Of a stretch of DNA of 47,313 nt, positions 1-9,252 are shown piece by piece. The translations under genes were made by a program, and so were the position numbers. Every line of letters starts with the position of its first letter. The first letter of the stretch is position 1. Source of the DNA: an uncultured Flavobacterium sp. (lineage in GTDB: Bacteria; Bacteroidota; Bacteroidia; Flavobacteriales; Flavobacteriaceae); contig CAZDKB010000001.1 of NCBI GenBank assembly GCA_964505885.1, positions 26,908-74,220 on the forward strand. The letters run 5' to 3'. The notes under the pieces are model-generated. The model was not told the DNA's origin. It did no database searches and was given only the letters and a program-made list of their open reading frames with translations.

Positions 1-69
1 CTTAAAAGTACTGTTCTCTGCCCAGTACTTCTGCCATTTCTTTTCTATTTCTCTGAAATTATATTGCAT
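1..69 (-). CDS. leuS: Leucine--tRNA ligase, N-terminal fragment (runs off window start)
   Basis: Manual translation from ATG at 69: MQYNFREIEKKWQKYWAENSTFK, the typical LeuRS N-terminus (IExKWQxxW); TAAATTTG promoter at 91-98. Confidence 0.85.
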   Translation of the reverse strand, partial: MQYNFREIEKKWQKYWAENSTFK

Positions 70-90
70 CTCAATTGCTCTTAAAGTGGG

Positions 91-98
91 CAAATTTA
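91..98 (-). promoter_or_regulatory. Bacteroidota sigma70 -7 element for leuS
   Basis: TAAATTTG on minus strand matches TAnnTTTG. Confidence 0.6.
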
Positions 99-147
99 CG
101 CTTATTCTCCCAAAGAATAAAGGCTATTGTACAGTAAATAAAGGGTA

Positions 148-194
148 TAAAAAATCACGATCACTTCTAAAAGAATTTAGAATATGATCGTGAT
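148..194 (-). terminator. Intrinsic terminator after DUF2911 gene
   Basis: ATCACGATCA(154-163)/TGATCGTGAT(185-194) outer stem with TTCTAAA/TTTAGAA inner stem, followed by a U-tract on the minus strand. Confidence 0.7.
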
Positions 195-221
195 CTGAGG
201 GAATATAAACTTAGTTGTTTA

Positions 222-752
222 CTATTTGATCGGAACCATAACATGAGTGGTACCCCATGCCATATGAAGACTCATGTCTTCTCCGAACATCATTGAGAAT
301 TCCTCAACTGATTTGTCTAATTTTTTCACTGTACCCTTAACGCGAACAACGTCCTCGCTTTTTTTATAGAAATAAGAACCCCAAACATTTAATTGTTTGC
401 TTAAGATTACTGTCCACTCGTTTTCTCCAGGAATCGTAACTAAAGAATAAGTTCCTGCTTTCACTGCAGATCCTCCAAAAGTAACGTCTTTATAAAAAGT
501 GATTTCTGGAACTTCATTTGCTCCTGTTCTCCAAACTTTTCCAGCTGGAGCTAATTTTTCTAAGGACCTTCCTTTCAATTGAGGTCTACTGTAAGTGATT
601 CTTACAACTTTATCTGAAACTCTATAACTAGATGGAAAAGAGGCTTGATCCATTGGACTCTTGTCTAATCCCTTAAACTCTTGAGCATTTGCTTGGTTAG
701 TAAAGACAACAGCTAATACCAAAGCTGCAATCAATGAAATGGTTTTTTTCAT
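222..752 (-). CDS. DUF2911 family secreted protein
   Basis: Signal peptide MKKTISL...ANAQ; YSRPxxKGR, WRTGANE and WG motifs; start moved to ATG at 752. Confidence 0.8.
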   Translation of the reverse strand: MKKTISLIAALVLAVVFTNQANAQEFKGLDKSPMDQASFPSSYRVSDKVVRITYSRPQLKGRSLEKLAPAGKVWRTGANEVPEITFYKDVTFGGSAVKAGTYSLVTIPGENEWTVILSKQLNVWGSYFYKKSEDVVRVKGTVKKLDKSVEEFSMMFGEDMSLHMAWGTTHVMVPIK

Positions 753-911
753 GGTTAATAGGTAATTTTGATTGAATTGTAAAAGTACCACTCCTTTTAT
801 GGAGGAAGTATTAAGGTTGTGTTAAATTGGGTCAAATGAACAAGGGTTAAAAGAAAAAGGGCAAGACTAACCTTTAAACCATTACCTTTCTACTTTCACC
901 CTTCTACCAGA

Positions 912-1025
912 TCAACATCCACAATCTGGTCCGCAACCTGAGTTGGTCTTAGGCTTAAAAAAGAATTTTCTAACCAAGAAATACACGGCTCCTGCGACGA
1001 TTATGTATACAATAACTTCTTGCAT
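912..1025 (-). CDS. FeoB-associated Cys-rich small membrane protein
   Basis: MQEVIVYIIVAGAVYFLVRKFF...SGCGPDCGC; TM helix plus Cys-rich tail; ATG overlaps the feoB stop (TAATG). Confidence 0.85.
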   Translation of the reverse strand: MQEVIVYIIVAGAVYFLVRKFFFKPKTNSGCGPDCGC

Positions 1026-3139
1026 TAGCTTAAGATTTGGTAAACGATAAAAGAAGAGATATACGCTAAGAATCCCATTCCAAAGAGTTGGATCATTGGC
1101 CACTTCCAAGTTTTGGTCTCTCTTTTAACAATGGCTAGGGTAGCCATACATTGCATGGCAAATGCATAAAATACAAGTAAAGACATCCCAACAGGGAAAT
1201 TAAAACGTGGCTTTCCTGTGGTCGGATTCATCTCAGAGGCCATCCTTTCTTTAATGGTAGTTGTATCCTCGTCATCGCTTTCAACTGAGTAAATAGTTGC
1301 TAAAGTTCCAACAAACACCTCACGAGCCGCAAAAGAACTGATCAATGCAATACCTATCTTCCAGTCGTAACCCAAGGGTTCAATAACCGGTTCAACGGTT
1401 TTCCCCATAATCCCGATGTAAGAATTCTCTAATCTTACTGAGGCGATCATTTGATCAATCTCATCTTGAGACAGCTCTTGACCAGATACATTTTCAATCA
1501 CATTCTTTTCAGCATCTTGAAATGATTGTGGTCCGTTTGAAGCTAAAAACCACAAAACAATTGAGATGGCGAGAATGATCTTACCCGCATCAAAAACAAA
1601 GGTTTTTGTTTTTTCAACTACATCTAAGATTACATTCTTTGCTGATGGCAACTTGTAGTTTGGCATCTCAACTACAAAGAGTGAATTACTTTTGATCTTT
1701 AGTGTTTTATGCAGTATGATAGCTGCTATGATCGCGGTCATAAAACCAAGTAGGTAAAGACAAAGTAGCGTAAATCCTTGAAGGCTTAAAAAGCCAAATA
1801 TTTTTTCATTTGGAATGATCAAGGCAATCAAAATGGCATATACAGGGAGCCGGGCAGAGCAAGTAATAAAAGGAGTTACTAGAATCGTAACCAATCGCTC
1901 TTTCCAACCTGAGATGTTTCTTGTAGCCATTACAGCGGGAATGGCACATGCAGTTCCTGAGATCAATGGGATAATACTCTTTCCACTCATTCCAAACTTA
2001 CGCATGATCTTATCCATCAAAAAGACAGCGCGACTCATATAACCTGTTTCCTCAAGAATGGCGATAAACATGAAGAGAATTGCTATCTGTGGTATAAATA
2101 TCACGACTCCTCCAATACCAGGAATGATTCCATCTGTAATAAGATCCCGAAGCACCCCTTCACCCATATTGGACTTAATAAAATCACTGAAACTCGCGAA
2201 AGTAGCGTCAATGAAATCCATGGGCACAGTTGCCCATTCGAAAATAGATTGAAATATCAGTAGTAAAATTCCGAAGAATAAGATATAACCAAAGATCTTG
2301 TGGGTAAAGATTTTATCGAGTCTGGCTCTAAGATCAGTGGCTTTAGATCTATCAACATGATATACCTTTTTTAAGATCTGATTGATCTTTTGATATCTTA
2401 AGATGGTCTCTTTTTGCTGATATTTCTTTAGATCTTTTGAATTGTTTTTAAAATTGAGCACCTCTTCTTTATCTTCCTCAGTAATGTCTTTTGGAAAAAT
2501 ATCTTGTGTGATCATTAACCATAATTCATACAAGGGATACTTCGGATTTAACTGCTTCAACTCTTCAAAATAGCTAGCATCAATTCTTTTCGTAATCTCA
2601 CATAAAGGAGAAGCCTCTCCACTTTCAAAAGCCGCAACAATGGCCTCTTTAACAGGTCTTACACTCGAGTCTTTTCTTGCACTAATCAGCACAACTTCAT
2701 TTCCTAGCTCTTGCTGTAAAACCGCCAGATCCACTGTTATTCCCTTTCTCTTCATCTGATCTGCCATATTGATCACTAAGACAGTTGGGATCTCGAGGTC
2801 TTTGATCTGGGTAAAGAGAAGAAGATTTCGTTTTAAATTCTCGACATCGGCCACTACAACCAGGACATCAGGTGTTTTATCATAGCGCGAATTCAATAAA
2901 GTTCTTAAAACAATCGTTTCATCTGCGGAAGTCGGATTAATACTGTAGGTCCCCGGTAGATCGGTAATCACAGCTTTATAGTCCTCAGATAGATTGGTAA
3001 CACCTTCTTTTTTATCGACAGTAACTCCAGGATAATTACCCACTTTTTGGGTCAACCCTGTTAACTGATTAAAAAGAGAGGTTTTCCCAGTATTTGGGTT
3101 TCCTACCAAAGCAACATTTATCGATCTTTTGTTGCTCAT
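1025..3139 (-). CDS. feoB: Ferrous iron transporter B
   Basis: G1 GNPNTGKT, GNYPGVTV, DLPG, NMAD GTPase motifs plus polytopic membrane domain. Confidence 0.97.
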   Translation of the reverse strand: MSNKRSINVALVGNPNTGKTSLFNQLTGLTQKVGNYPGVTVDKKEGVTNLSEDYKAVITDLPGTYSINPTSADETIVLRTLLNSRYDKTPDVLVVVADVENLKRNLLLFTQIKDLEIPTVLVINMADQMKRKGITVDLAVLQQELGNEVVLISARKDSSVRPVKEAIVAAFESGEASPLCEITKRIDASYFEELKQLNPKYPLYELWLMITQDIFPKDITEEDKEEVLNFKNNSKDLKKYQQKETILRYQKINQILKKVYHVDRSKATDLRARLDKIFTHKIFGYILFFGILLLIFQSIFEWATVPMDFIDATFASFSDFIKSNMGEGVLRDLITDGIIPGIGGVVIFIPQIAILFMFIAILEETGYMSRAVFLMDKIMRKFGMSGKSIIPLISGTACAIPAVMATRNISGWKERLVTILVTPFITCSARLPVYAILIALIIPNEKIFGFLSLQGFTLLCLYLLGFMTAIIAAIILHKTLKIKSNSLFVVEMPNYKLPSAKNVILDVVEKTKTFVFDAGKIILAISIVLWFLASNGPQSFQDAEKNVIENVSGQELSQDEIDQMIASVRLENSYIGIMGKTVEPVIEPLGYDWKIGIALISSFAAREVFVGTLATIYSVESDDEDTTTIKERMASEMNPTTGKPRFNFPVGMSLLVFYAFAMQCMATLAIVKRETKTWKWPMIQLFGMGFLAYISSFIVYQILS

Positions 3140-3372
3140 TCTTCTGCTTTTATGATTTGAATCTTGGCTGCAGTTTCTTTTCTAATCGCGAGATGACTCC
3201 CATTTACACAAATATATAGGGGGTCATTTAATGGAGCTATCTGGATAAGCTCTACTTCTGCCCCAGGCAAACATCCCATTTCTAAAAGTTTTAATGGTAT
3301 ACTATCTGAAGAATCTTCAGCTATATAACCCAGTTCGCCAATATGTAAGGATGCTATTGTTGTCAAGAACAA
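3136..3372 (-). CDS. feoA: Ferrous iron transport protein A (start may be TTG at 3366)
   Basis: LLEMGCLPG...APLNDP...LAIRK motif, directly upstream of feoB. Confidence 0.92.
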   Translation of the reverse strand: MFLTTIASLHIGELGYIAEDSSDSIPLKLLEMGCLPGAEVELIQIAPLNDPLYICVNGSHLAIRKETAAKIQIIKAEE

Positions 3373-3383
3373 ATTTTAGATTG

Positions 3384-3411
3384 CAAAGATATTAAATTAG
3401 AATGATTCTAA
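3384..3411 (-). promoter_or_regulatory. feoAB promoter (-7 TATCTTTG) with adjacent Fur-box-like palindrome
   Basis: TATCTTTG at 3391-3384; perfect 7-1-7 palindrome TTAGAAT-G-ATTCTAA at 3397-3411. Confidence 0.75.
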
Positions 3412-3421
3412 ACAGTTAATT

Positions 3422-4096
3422 CTATTCGTATTCTCGTTTAAGAATCACCATATCGGACTTTAGTTTTTCCATGGCCTCAAGTTCGGTACCATCATAAAAA
3501 CCTCTAATTCGCCGCTCTTTGTCGATCAGTACAAAAAGATTGGTATGTATAAAGTCTTGCTCACCACCATCACCTTCATCTTCGGCAGCAAAGTAACTTT
3601 TTCGAGCTAGATCGTAAATATGTTTCTTAGGTCCTGTTGTAACGTTCCACTTTCCATCAATAACTCCTTTTTCTTCGGCATAAGCTTTTAAGACAGGAAC
3701 ACTATCCATCACGGGCGTTACAGAATGAGATAAGAACATAATATCATTATCATCCTTGTAGAACTCTTGAAGTTCATGCATATTATAAGCCATTTTAATG
3801 CAAATGGTTTTGCATCTTGTAAAGAAAAAGTCTGCAACATAGATCTTTCCTTCATAATCTTTTTGAGTGATGGTCTGGCCATTTTGATTGAGAAGTTGAA
3901 AATCTGCAATGGTATGATTCTTCCTTACATTTTTAACAGAATAATCGACAAGCTTTCGATTGACATCAATGGGGTTGTATATCTTCAATCTTTCTTCGGT
4001 GTCTAATAACTGATAAAAAACAGTAATTCCAATTACCGAAAAAACAGCCAAAAAAATAAGAGTGGGTATAGACTTTTTAAAGAAGCTCAAGTTCAT
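3422..4096 (-). CDS. SCO1/SenC family copper chaperone
   Basis: FFTRCKTIC (CxxxC) and conserved His (FIHT), N-terminal TM; start moved to MNLS; TAAATTTG at 4114-4121. Confidence 0.9.
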   Translation of the reverse strand: MNLSFFKKSIPTLIFLAVFSVIGITVFYQLLDTEERLKIYNPIDVNRKLVDYSVKNVRKNHTIADFQLLNQNGQTITQKDYEGKIYVADFFFTRCKTICIKMAYNMHELQEFYKDDNDIMFLSHSVTPVMDSVPVLKAYAEEKGVIDGKWNVTTGPKKHIYDLARKSYFAAEDEGDGGEQDFIHTNLFVLIDKERRIRGFYDGTELEAMEKLKSDMVILKREYE

Positions 4097-4270
4097 GATT
4101 CTCAATTCTATTGCAAATTTACTGCTTAGAAATTCACTGGTGAAATGATTTGATTTCTTTTATGCCATAAATCTTTGTTAAATCCTTTCTAGGATTGAAA
4201 AACAATCTTTTACAACTGTACTGAAAAGTGTACATTTGTGCACTTACAAACAAAAAGACATTTATTGTTA

Positions 4271-5620
4271 ATGGAAATATTGATCAAAGCTTCTCAGTTC
4301 ATTCTTAGCTTGTCTCTTCTGATAGTTTTACACGAGTTAGGACACTTCATACCTGCGAAACTTTTTAAAACTCGAGTTGAAAAATTCTACTTGTTCTTCG
4401 ATGTAAGCAAATTCTCAATTTTCAAGAAGAAAATCGGAGAGACTGTTTACGGAATCGGATGGCTTCCTTTGGGAGGTTATGTGAAGATCTCTGGTATGAT
4501 AGACGAGAGTATGGATAAGGAGCAAATGAAAGAAGAGCCCAAACCATGGGAATTTAGATCTAAACCGGCGTGGCAAAGATTAATCATTATGCTAGGTGGA
4601 GTGCTGGTAAACTTCATATTGGGAATTTTCATTTACATCATGTTGATGTATACCTATGGAGAAAACTACCTTCCGAATGCGAATGTAAAAGATGGTATCT
4701 GGGTACAGGATTCACTTGCTATGGAAATTGGTCTCCAAACGGGAGATAAAATCTTAAAGGTTGACGGTCAGGAAATAGAAAAATTCAGTGATATCACTTT
4801 AGAATTTATCAATGGTAATAATTTCACGATTGAAAGAAACGGGCAGATCATTGAAAAAGAACTTCCTGTTGATTTTATATCAAAATTGGTTGAAAGAGGA
4901 AAAGACAAAGGACCTGTAATTGCTCCGAGATATCCTTTTACAATCCGCGAGATTCCTGAGGATTCTCATAATGTAAACTCTGGTTTGCAACAGAAAGACA
5001 TGATCGTTGGAATTAATGGACAGTCTGTTAAATATTATGATCAGGTTGCTGGCGAACTACAGAAATACAAAAATGACACCATCAATATTTCTGTGATGCG
5101 TGGTGAGGAAATGAAAGACATATCTGTTACCATTAATGGAGAAGGAAAGATTGGCGCCTACTTTGGAGCACTTAAACTTTCGGATCTTGAAAAATTAGGC
5201 TACTACGAACTTGCGAATAAGTCATATTCTTTTTGGGAAGCCATTCCAAGAGGATATAATGAAGCTGTAAATACACTTGCTAATTATGTGAAGCAGATCA
5301 AAAAGATTGCGAATCCAGAAACAGGTGCTTATAAAGGTTTGGGAGGATTTATCTCTATTGCAGATATTTTCCCAGCAAAGTGGAACTGGCAAATCTTTTG
5401 GGATATGACAGCATTATTATCGATCATGTTAGGGTTTATGAACTTACTTCCTATTCCAGCCTTAGACGGAGGACATGTGATGTTTACCTTATGGGAAATG
5501 ATTACAGGTAGAAAACCAAGTGACAAATTCTTAGAGTATGCTCAAGTAACAGGGTTTATCATATTGATCGCCTTGCTGTTATTTGCAAACGGAAATGATA
5601 TCTTCCGACTCTTTCAATAG
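4271..5620 (+). CDS. rseP: RIP metalloprotease RseP (site-2 protease, PDZ)
   Basis: HELGH (HExxH), GGYV, NLLPIPALDG, PDZ-like GLQTGD; ATG at 4271 after TACATTTG at 4231-4238. Confidence 0.95.
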   Translation: MEILIKASQFILSLSLLIVLHELGHFIPAKLFKTRVEKFYLFFDVSKFSIFKKKIGETVYGIGWLPLGGYVKISGMIDESMDKEQMKEEPKPWEFRSKPAWQRLIIMLGGVLVNFILGIFIYIMLMYTYGENYLPNANVKDGIWVQDSLAMEIGLQTGDKILKVDGQEIEKFSDITLEFINGNNFTIERNGQIIEKELPVDFISKLVERGKDKGPVIAPRYPFTIREIPEDSHNVNSGLQQKDMIVGINGQSVKYYDQVAGELQKYKNDTINISVMRGEEMKDISVTINGEGKIGAYFGALKLSDLEKLGYYELANKSYSFWEAIPRGYNEAVNTLANYVKQIKKIANPETGAYKGLGGFISIADIFPAKWNWQIFWDMTALLSIMLGFMNLLPIPALDGGHVMFTLWEMITGRKPSDKFLEYAQVTGFIILIALLLFANGNDIFRLFQ

Positions 5621-5639
5621 ATAATTGCATCAAAACATA

Positions 5640-5680
5640 AAAAAATGAGGGCTTGCCTAATGGCAAGCCCTCATTTTTTT
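5640..5680. terminator. Bidirectional intrinsic terminator
   Basis: AAAAAATGAGGGCTTGCC-TAAT-GGCAAGCCCTCATTTTTT perfect stem with A/T tracts on both sides, between convergent genes. Confidence 0.9.
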
Positions 5681-5850
5681 GCTTTTATCTTTCTTTTGAT
5701 CAAGATTGACATATCAATGAGTTCGAAATAAGCATAACGAGACCTGCAACTTTCACAGGTATATGCTTTTGTATATGGCAAATACTTCAGTAGATACTTT
5801 CTTTTCCGCCGACTCCTCTTCGTAGAACGACAGTTAGGGCACCGTTTCAC
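5671..5850 (-). CDS. Small basic zinc-ribbon protein (59 aa), absent from the ORF track
   Basis: GTG start; MKRCPNCRSTKRSRRKRKYLLKYLPYTKAYTCESCRSRYAYFELIDMSILIKRKIKAKK*; two CxxC pairs; fills the intergenic gap and ends in the terminator. Confidence 0.65.
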   Translation of the reverse strand: MKRCPNCRSTKRSRRKRKYLLKYLPYTKAYTCESCRSRYAYFELIDMSILIKRKIKAKK

Positions 5851-5923
5851 AATTTGAGATTTTTGATTATTAATTGTCTTGGGGACAATTGCAAGTTAAC
5901 TAATTAATAATCAGCTTTTATTA

Positions 5924-6796
5924 TCACATGTTAATATTTTTGGATCGGTGAGTTCTTTTTATTGCATAGTCATTTTTCCAATCGATCCATCTTTGACCTC
6001 TCAATCTTCTCATTAGATTATCTACGGATCGCATGATAACAATATTATAGATCGCCTTGCTTAAATTCACTGGGTTTCTTGCGATAGCTCTTAGACTCAT
6101 AGAAAATCCTGGTGTGATGTATCTCATATAATGCCAATAACCTTCAGGCATATATAAAACATTTCCATGTTCTAGATCAGCAACATAGCCCTTCGCATTT
6201 TTTAAGGCTGGCCATTTGTCAAAGTCAGGTTCTGCAAAATTGATATCCTCTCTTGTAATTAAAGAGTTTGGAATCTTATATAAGTATTTGTTCTGCTTTT
6301 GATCGAACAAAATACATTGCTTTTTACCTTCAAAATGGAAATGAAAAATATTCGCTAGATCTATATCGTAATGCATGAACGTGAAAGAGTCCTTTCCACC
6401 AAAGAAAAGCATTGGTAGTCCTTTCATCAGCTTTAATCCAAAATCTGGGAAAGAAAAATCCTTTTGAAGTTGAGGTACTTCTTTTAAAATATTCCAAAGG
6501 AAGATCCTGTATTTTGTAGGTTCTTTTTTTAAGAGGTCAACATACTCACTCATTTTCATTTTGGCATGAGGTTCGTTGAAACCATCTTTATAGTCAACCG
6601 GCCTATCATCATATAAAGGCACAGTCTTATCTCCTGCAATTTCTTTCATATAATCCAGTGACCATTTGGAATATGCAGGACAATCCTCAATAAACCTCTC
6701 AATAATGACCGGTTTTTGAGGTTTGAAGTAGTTCTTAATAAACTCTTCTTTTGTAATTGTTTTTACTCTATCAACAGCAATTAAATTCAAGCTCAT
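5924..6796 (-). CDS. JmjC/cupin-like Fe(II)/2-oxoglutarate dioxygenase
   Basis: KPVII, WSLDY, HYD...WH facial triad (HxD...H), G-K-C-I-L-F cupin strand; own TACATTTG at 6815-6822. Confidence 0.85.
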   Translation of the reverse strand: MSLNLIAVDRVKTITKEEFIKNYFKPQKPVIIERFIEDCPAYSKWSLDYMKEIAGDKTVPLYDDRPVDYKDGFNEPHAKMKMSEYVDLLKKEPTKYRIFLWNILKEVPQLQKDFSFPDFGLKLMKGLPMLFFGGKDSFTFMHYDIDLANIFHFHFEGKKQCILFDQKQNKYLYKIPNSLITREDINFAEPDFDKWPALKNAKGYVADLEHGNVLYMPEGYWHYMRYITPGFSMSLRAIARNPVNLSKAIYNIVIMRSVDNLMRRLRGQRWIDWKNDYAIKRTHRSKNINM

Positions 6797-6848
6797 TCAC
6801 AATTAATTTGAAAACAAATGTAATAAAACGGAAAAAATAGTCCTAAAA

Positions 6849-6882
6849 CAAAAAAACCACCTTCTCTAAAGACGGTGGTTTC
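6849..6882 (-). terminator. Probable intrinsic terminator after bioB
   Basis: AAACCACC...GGTGGTTT stem with a U-tract on the minus strand. Confidence 0.6.
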
Positions 6883-6902
6883 TTCTATTTGGTTGTCTGT
6901 AA

Positions 6903-8000
6903 CTAAACCTTTACTTCTTTTGCCTTTTGTTTGGCTTCTTCGTTTCTTTCAATCGTATGACCTGGTCTAGACCATTTTGGTTTTTCACCTAAAGATTCAT
7001 ATTGAGAATCTTCTGCTTCCACTGTTTTTGGCTGCATTTTTTTGATGAATGGCTTTTGAGGATTTAATCCTAATAGTTTGAACATCTCCATATCTTCGTT
7101 TACATCTGGATTTGGAGTGGTCAATAATTTATCTCCCGCAAAGATAGAATTCGCACCAGCAAAGAAACACATAGCTTGCCCTTCTCTACTCATTTCTGTC
7201 CTACCCGCAGAAAGTCTAACCTGAGTTTCTGGCATAACAATTCTGGTAGTTGCCACCATACGGATCATATCCCAAATTTCGACAGGATGTTGGTCTTCTA
7301 ATGGAGTACCTTCAACCGCTACTAAAGCATTAATTGGAACAGATTCTGGTTGCGGGTTTAATGTTGCAAGGGCAACTAACATTCCAGCTCTATCTTCTTC
7401 TTTTTCTCCCATTCCAATTATTCCACCTGAACAAACTGTTACATTGGTCTTACGAACATTGTCAATCGTTTCTAGACGATCTTCAAATCCTCTTGTTGAG
7501 ATTACTTCTTTATAATATTCCTCAGATGAATCTAAGTTGTGATTATAGGCGTACAATCCTGCTTCAGCCAAACGATGAGCTTGATTCTCTGTTAGCATTC
7601 CTAAAGTACAACAAACTTCCATATCCAATTTATTGATGGTTCTAACCATCTCTAATACTTGGTCAAACTCAGGACCATCTTTCACGTTTCTCCAAGCTGC
7701 TCCCATGCACACTCTTGAGCTTCCAGAAGCTTTTGCTCTTAGGGCTTGAGCTTTTACATGTGGAACTGTCATGAGATCGTTTCCTTCAATGTCCGTATGA
7801 TATCTTGCCGCTTGCGGACAATAACCGCAATCTTCAGGACAACCTCCTGTTTTTATGGATAATAAGGTAGATACTTGAACCGTATTTGGATCGTGATGTT
7901 TTCTATGAATCGTTGCCGCTTCGTAAAGCAGGTCCATCAAAGGTTTATTGTAAATCTCTAAGATCTCTTCCTTTGTCCAATTGTGTCTGGTGTTGCCCAT
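6903..8000 (-). CDS. bioB: Biotin synthase (radical SAM)
   Basis: CPEDCGYCPQ, YNHNLD, VCSGGI, SVPIN, RLSAGR, GANSIF motifs. Confidence 0.98.
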   Translation of the reverse strand: MGNTRHNWTKEEILEIYNKPLMDLLYEAATIHRKHHDPNTVQVSTLLSIKTGGCPEDCGYCPQAARYHTDIEGNDLMTVPHVKAQALRAKASGSSRVCMGAAWRNVKDGPEFDQVLEMVRTINKLDMEVCCTLGMLTENQAHRLAEAGLYAYNHNLDSSEEYYKEVISTRGFEDRLETIDNVRKTNVTVCSGGIIGMGEKEEDRAGMLVALATLNPQPESVPINALVAVEGTPLEDQHPVEIWDMIRMVATTRIVMPETQVRLSAGRTEMSREGQAMCFFAGANSIFAGDKLLTTPNPDVNEDMEMFKLLGLNPQKPFIKKMQPKTVEAEDSQYESLGEKPKWSRPGHTIERNEEAKQKAKEVKV

Positions 8001-8046
8001 AAAATGAGGTTGTTTATTTGCCGTAAAAGTAAGAAAAAACCCGCTT

Positions 8047-9171
8047 TTACTCTTTATTTTTTCCTGAATGATTCACCAATTGCCTACCTAATTCGGCAAG
8101 GAACGGAATCCCTATTTCATCATACTCATACTGATCATCGTTGAAGATCTGATTTTCATTTACATGAATCACAGCAGTAATGATATATTCCTTCTGAGTT
8201 CTGTCATTAACAATATACGCAGTATCTATCAAGTAGCCATAGGCATAGCCCACTTTATTGAAAATATGAATGTCTTTTGGCTTTTTATCTGTTGGAAGAT
8301 TATCCCCTAAAATTAGAAATTTCACATAGTTGTCTGGGTATACCTCTGGGTCCTTGCCATACTGTCTAGGAACCAATCCCATAGTATTGATCAGACCAAT
8401 TCTCTCACTTGGTTTTAATTTAAACCTTTGATCCTTTGGAAAGGTATTCGGAAAAATCAATCTTTTTACAATATTATGCAGCGAACGAGCTGGCATATAA
8501 TTCTTTTTTGAAAAGTCTTTTGGTTCATTTACAAGTTGATCGTCTTCCATATAACCTTTTCCCTTTTTTATACGTTCAAGATCCAAAGATTCAATAGGTT
8601 CATTCTCTCTTTGTACTAGAGTATAAGTAGAATCATTCGTTTTAAAAACAAATGATTTGCTAGTCAAATTGTCTGCGTCTGGAGTCGATAATCGATGTGC
8701 AAATCTTCCTTTGATGCCTCTAGCTTTCATTCGATCGTTTAATTCATCTTTCCCTACAAACTCAAAGACCCTATTGTATGATTCATTATCGCTTAAAAAG
8801 ATAGATTTTCTGATTTCATCACTAAGATTGGTTTCAATGCTATCGTTCTCCATTTGAAAAGGATTGTATCTACCAAATCTTTTAAACTCTGTGATCTTTT
8901 CTAAGGCGAATATAGCAGCAGGTAATTTTACCGAACTTGCAGGATAGAAGTATACATCATCATCCACATTGTATTCGTAATCATTGAAGGTAATATTTTG
9001 ATCACCTTGCCTGTTGACTTCTGTAAATAGTATTTGAACCTCATATTTATCAGGATCACTCATTACTTTTTTGATCTTTGGAAGATCTGATGCTAAGACG
9101 ATATCTATTGGAGTTGGTTCTTTACAGCCGATAAAAGCGAATAAAACAAGAAGAACTGAGGCGAATCTCAT
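8047..9171 (-). CDS. Class A beta-lactamase-like serine hydrolase lipoprotein
   Basis: Lipobox FIGC; SxxK (PASSVK), SDN, KVG motifs; start moved to MRFAS. Confidence 0.8.
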   Translation of the reverse strand: MRFASVLLVLFAFIGCKEPTPIDIVLASDLPKIKKVMSDPDKYEVQILFTEVNRQGDQNITFNDYEYNVDDDVYFYPASSVKLPAAIFALEKITEFKRFGRYNPFQMENDSIETNLSDEIRKSIFLSDNESYNRVFEFVGKDELNDRMKARGIKGRFAHRLSTPDADNLTSKSFVFKTNDSTYTLVQRENEPIESLDLERIKKGKGYMEDDQLVNEPKDFSKKNYMPARSLHNIVKRLIFPNTFPKDQRFKLKPSERIGLINTMGLVPRQYGKDPEVYPDNYVKFLILGDNLPTDKKPKDIHIFNKVGYAYGYLIDTAYIVNDRTQKEYIITAVIHVNENQIFNDDQYEYDEIGIPFLAELGRQLVNHSGKNKE

Positions 9172-9252
9172 AAACAAAAATTGGGTTTGAATGAGCAATA
9201 TATCAATTCTTTTACAAAGCAGAAAAATGGTTTAAAAAAGAATTTTCAAGGA

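Noticed and set aside
1026-1109. Extended N-terminus of the 65-aa ORF 912..1109
   Set aside because: Overlaps feoB; the ATG at 1025 coupled to the feoB stop is the better start
8047-9171. Antibiotic-resistance beta-lactamase call (also for 18466-20586)
   Set aside because: Only generic penicillin-recognising fold motifs; no evidence for beta-lactam hydrolysis
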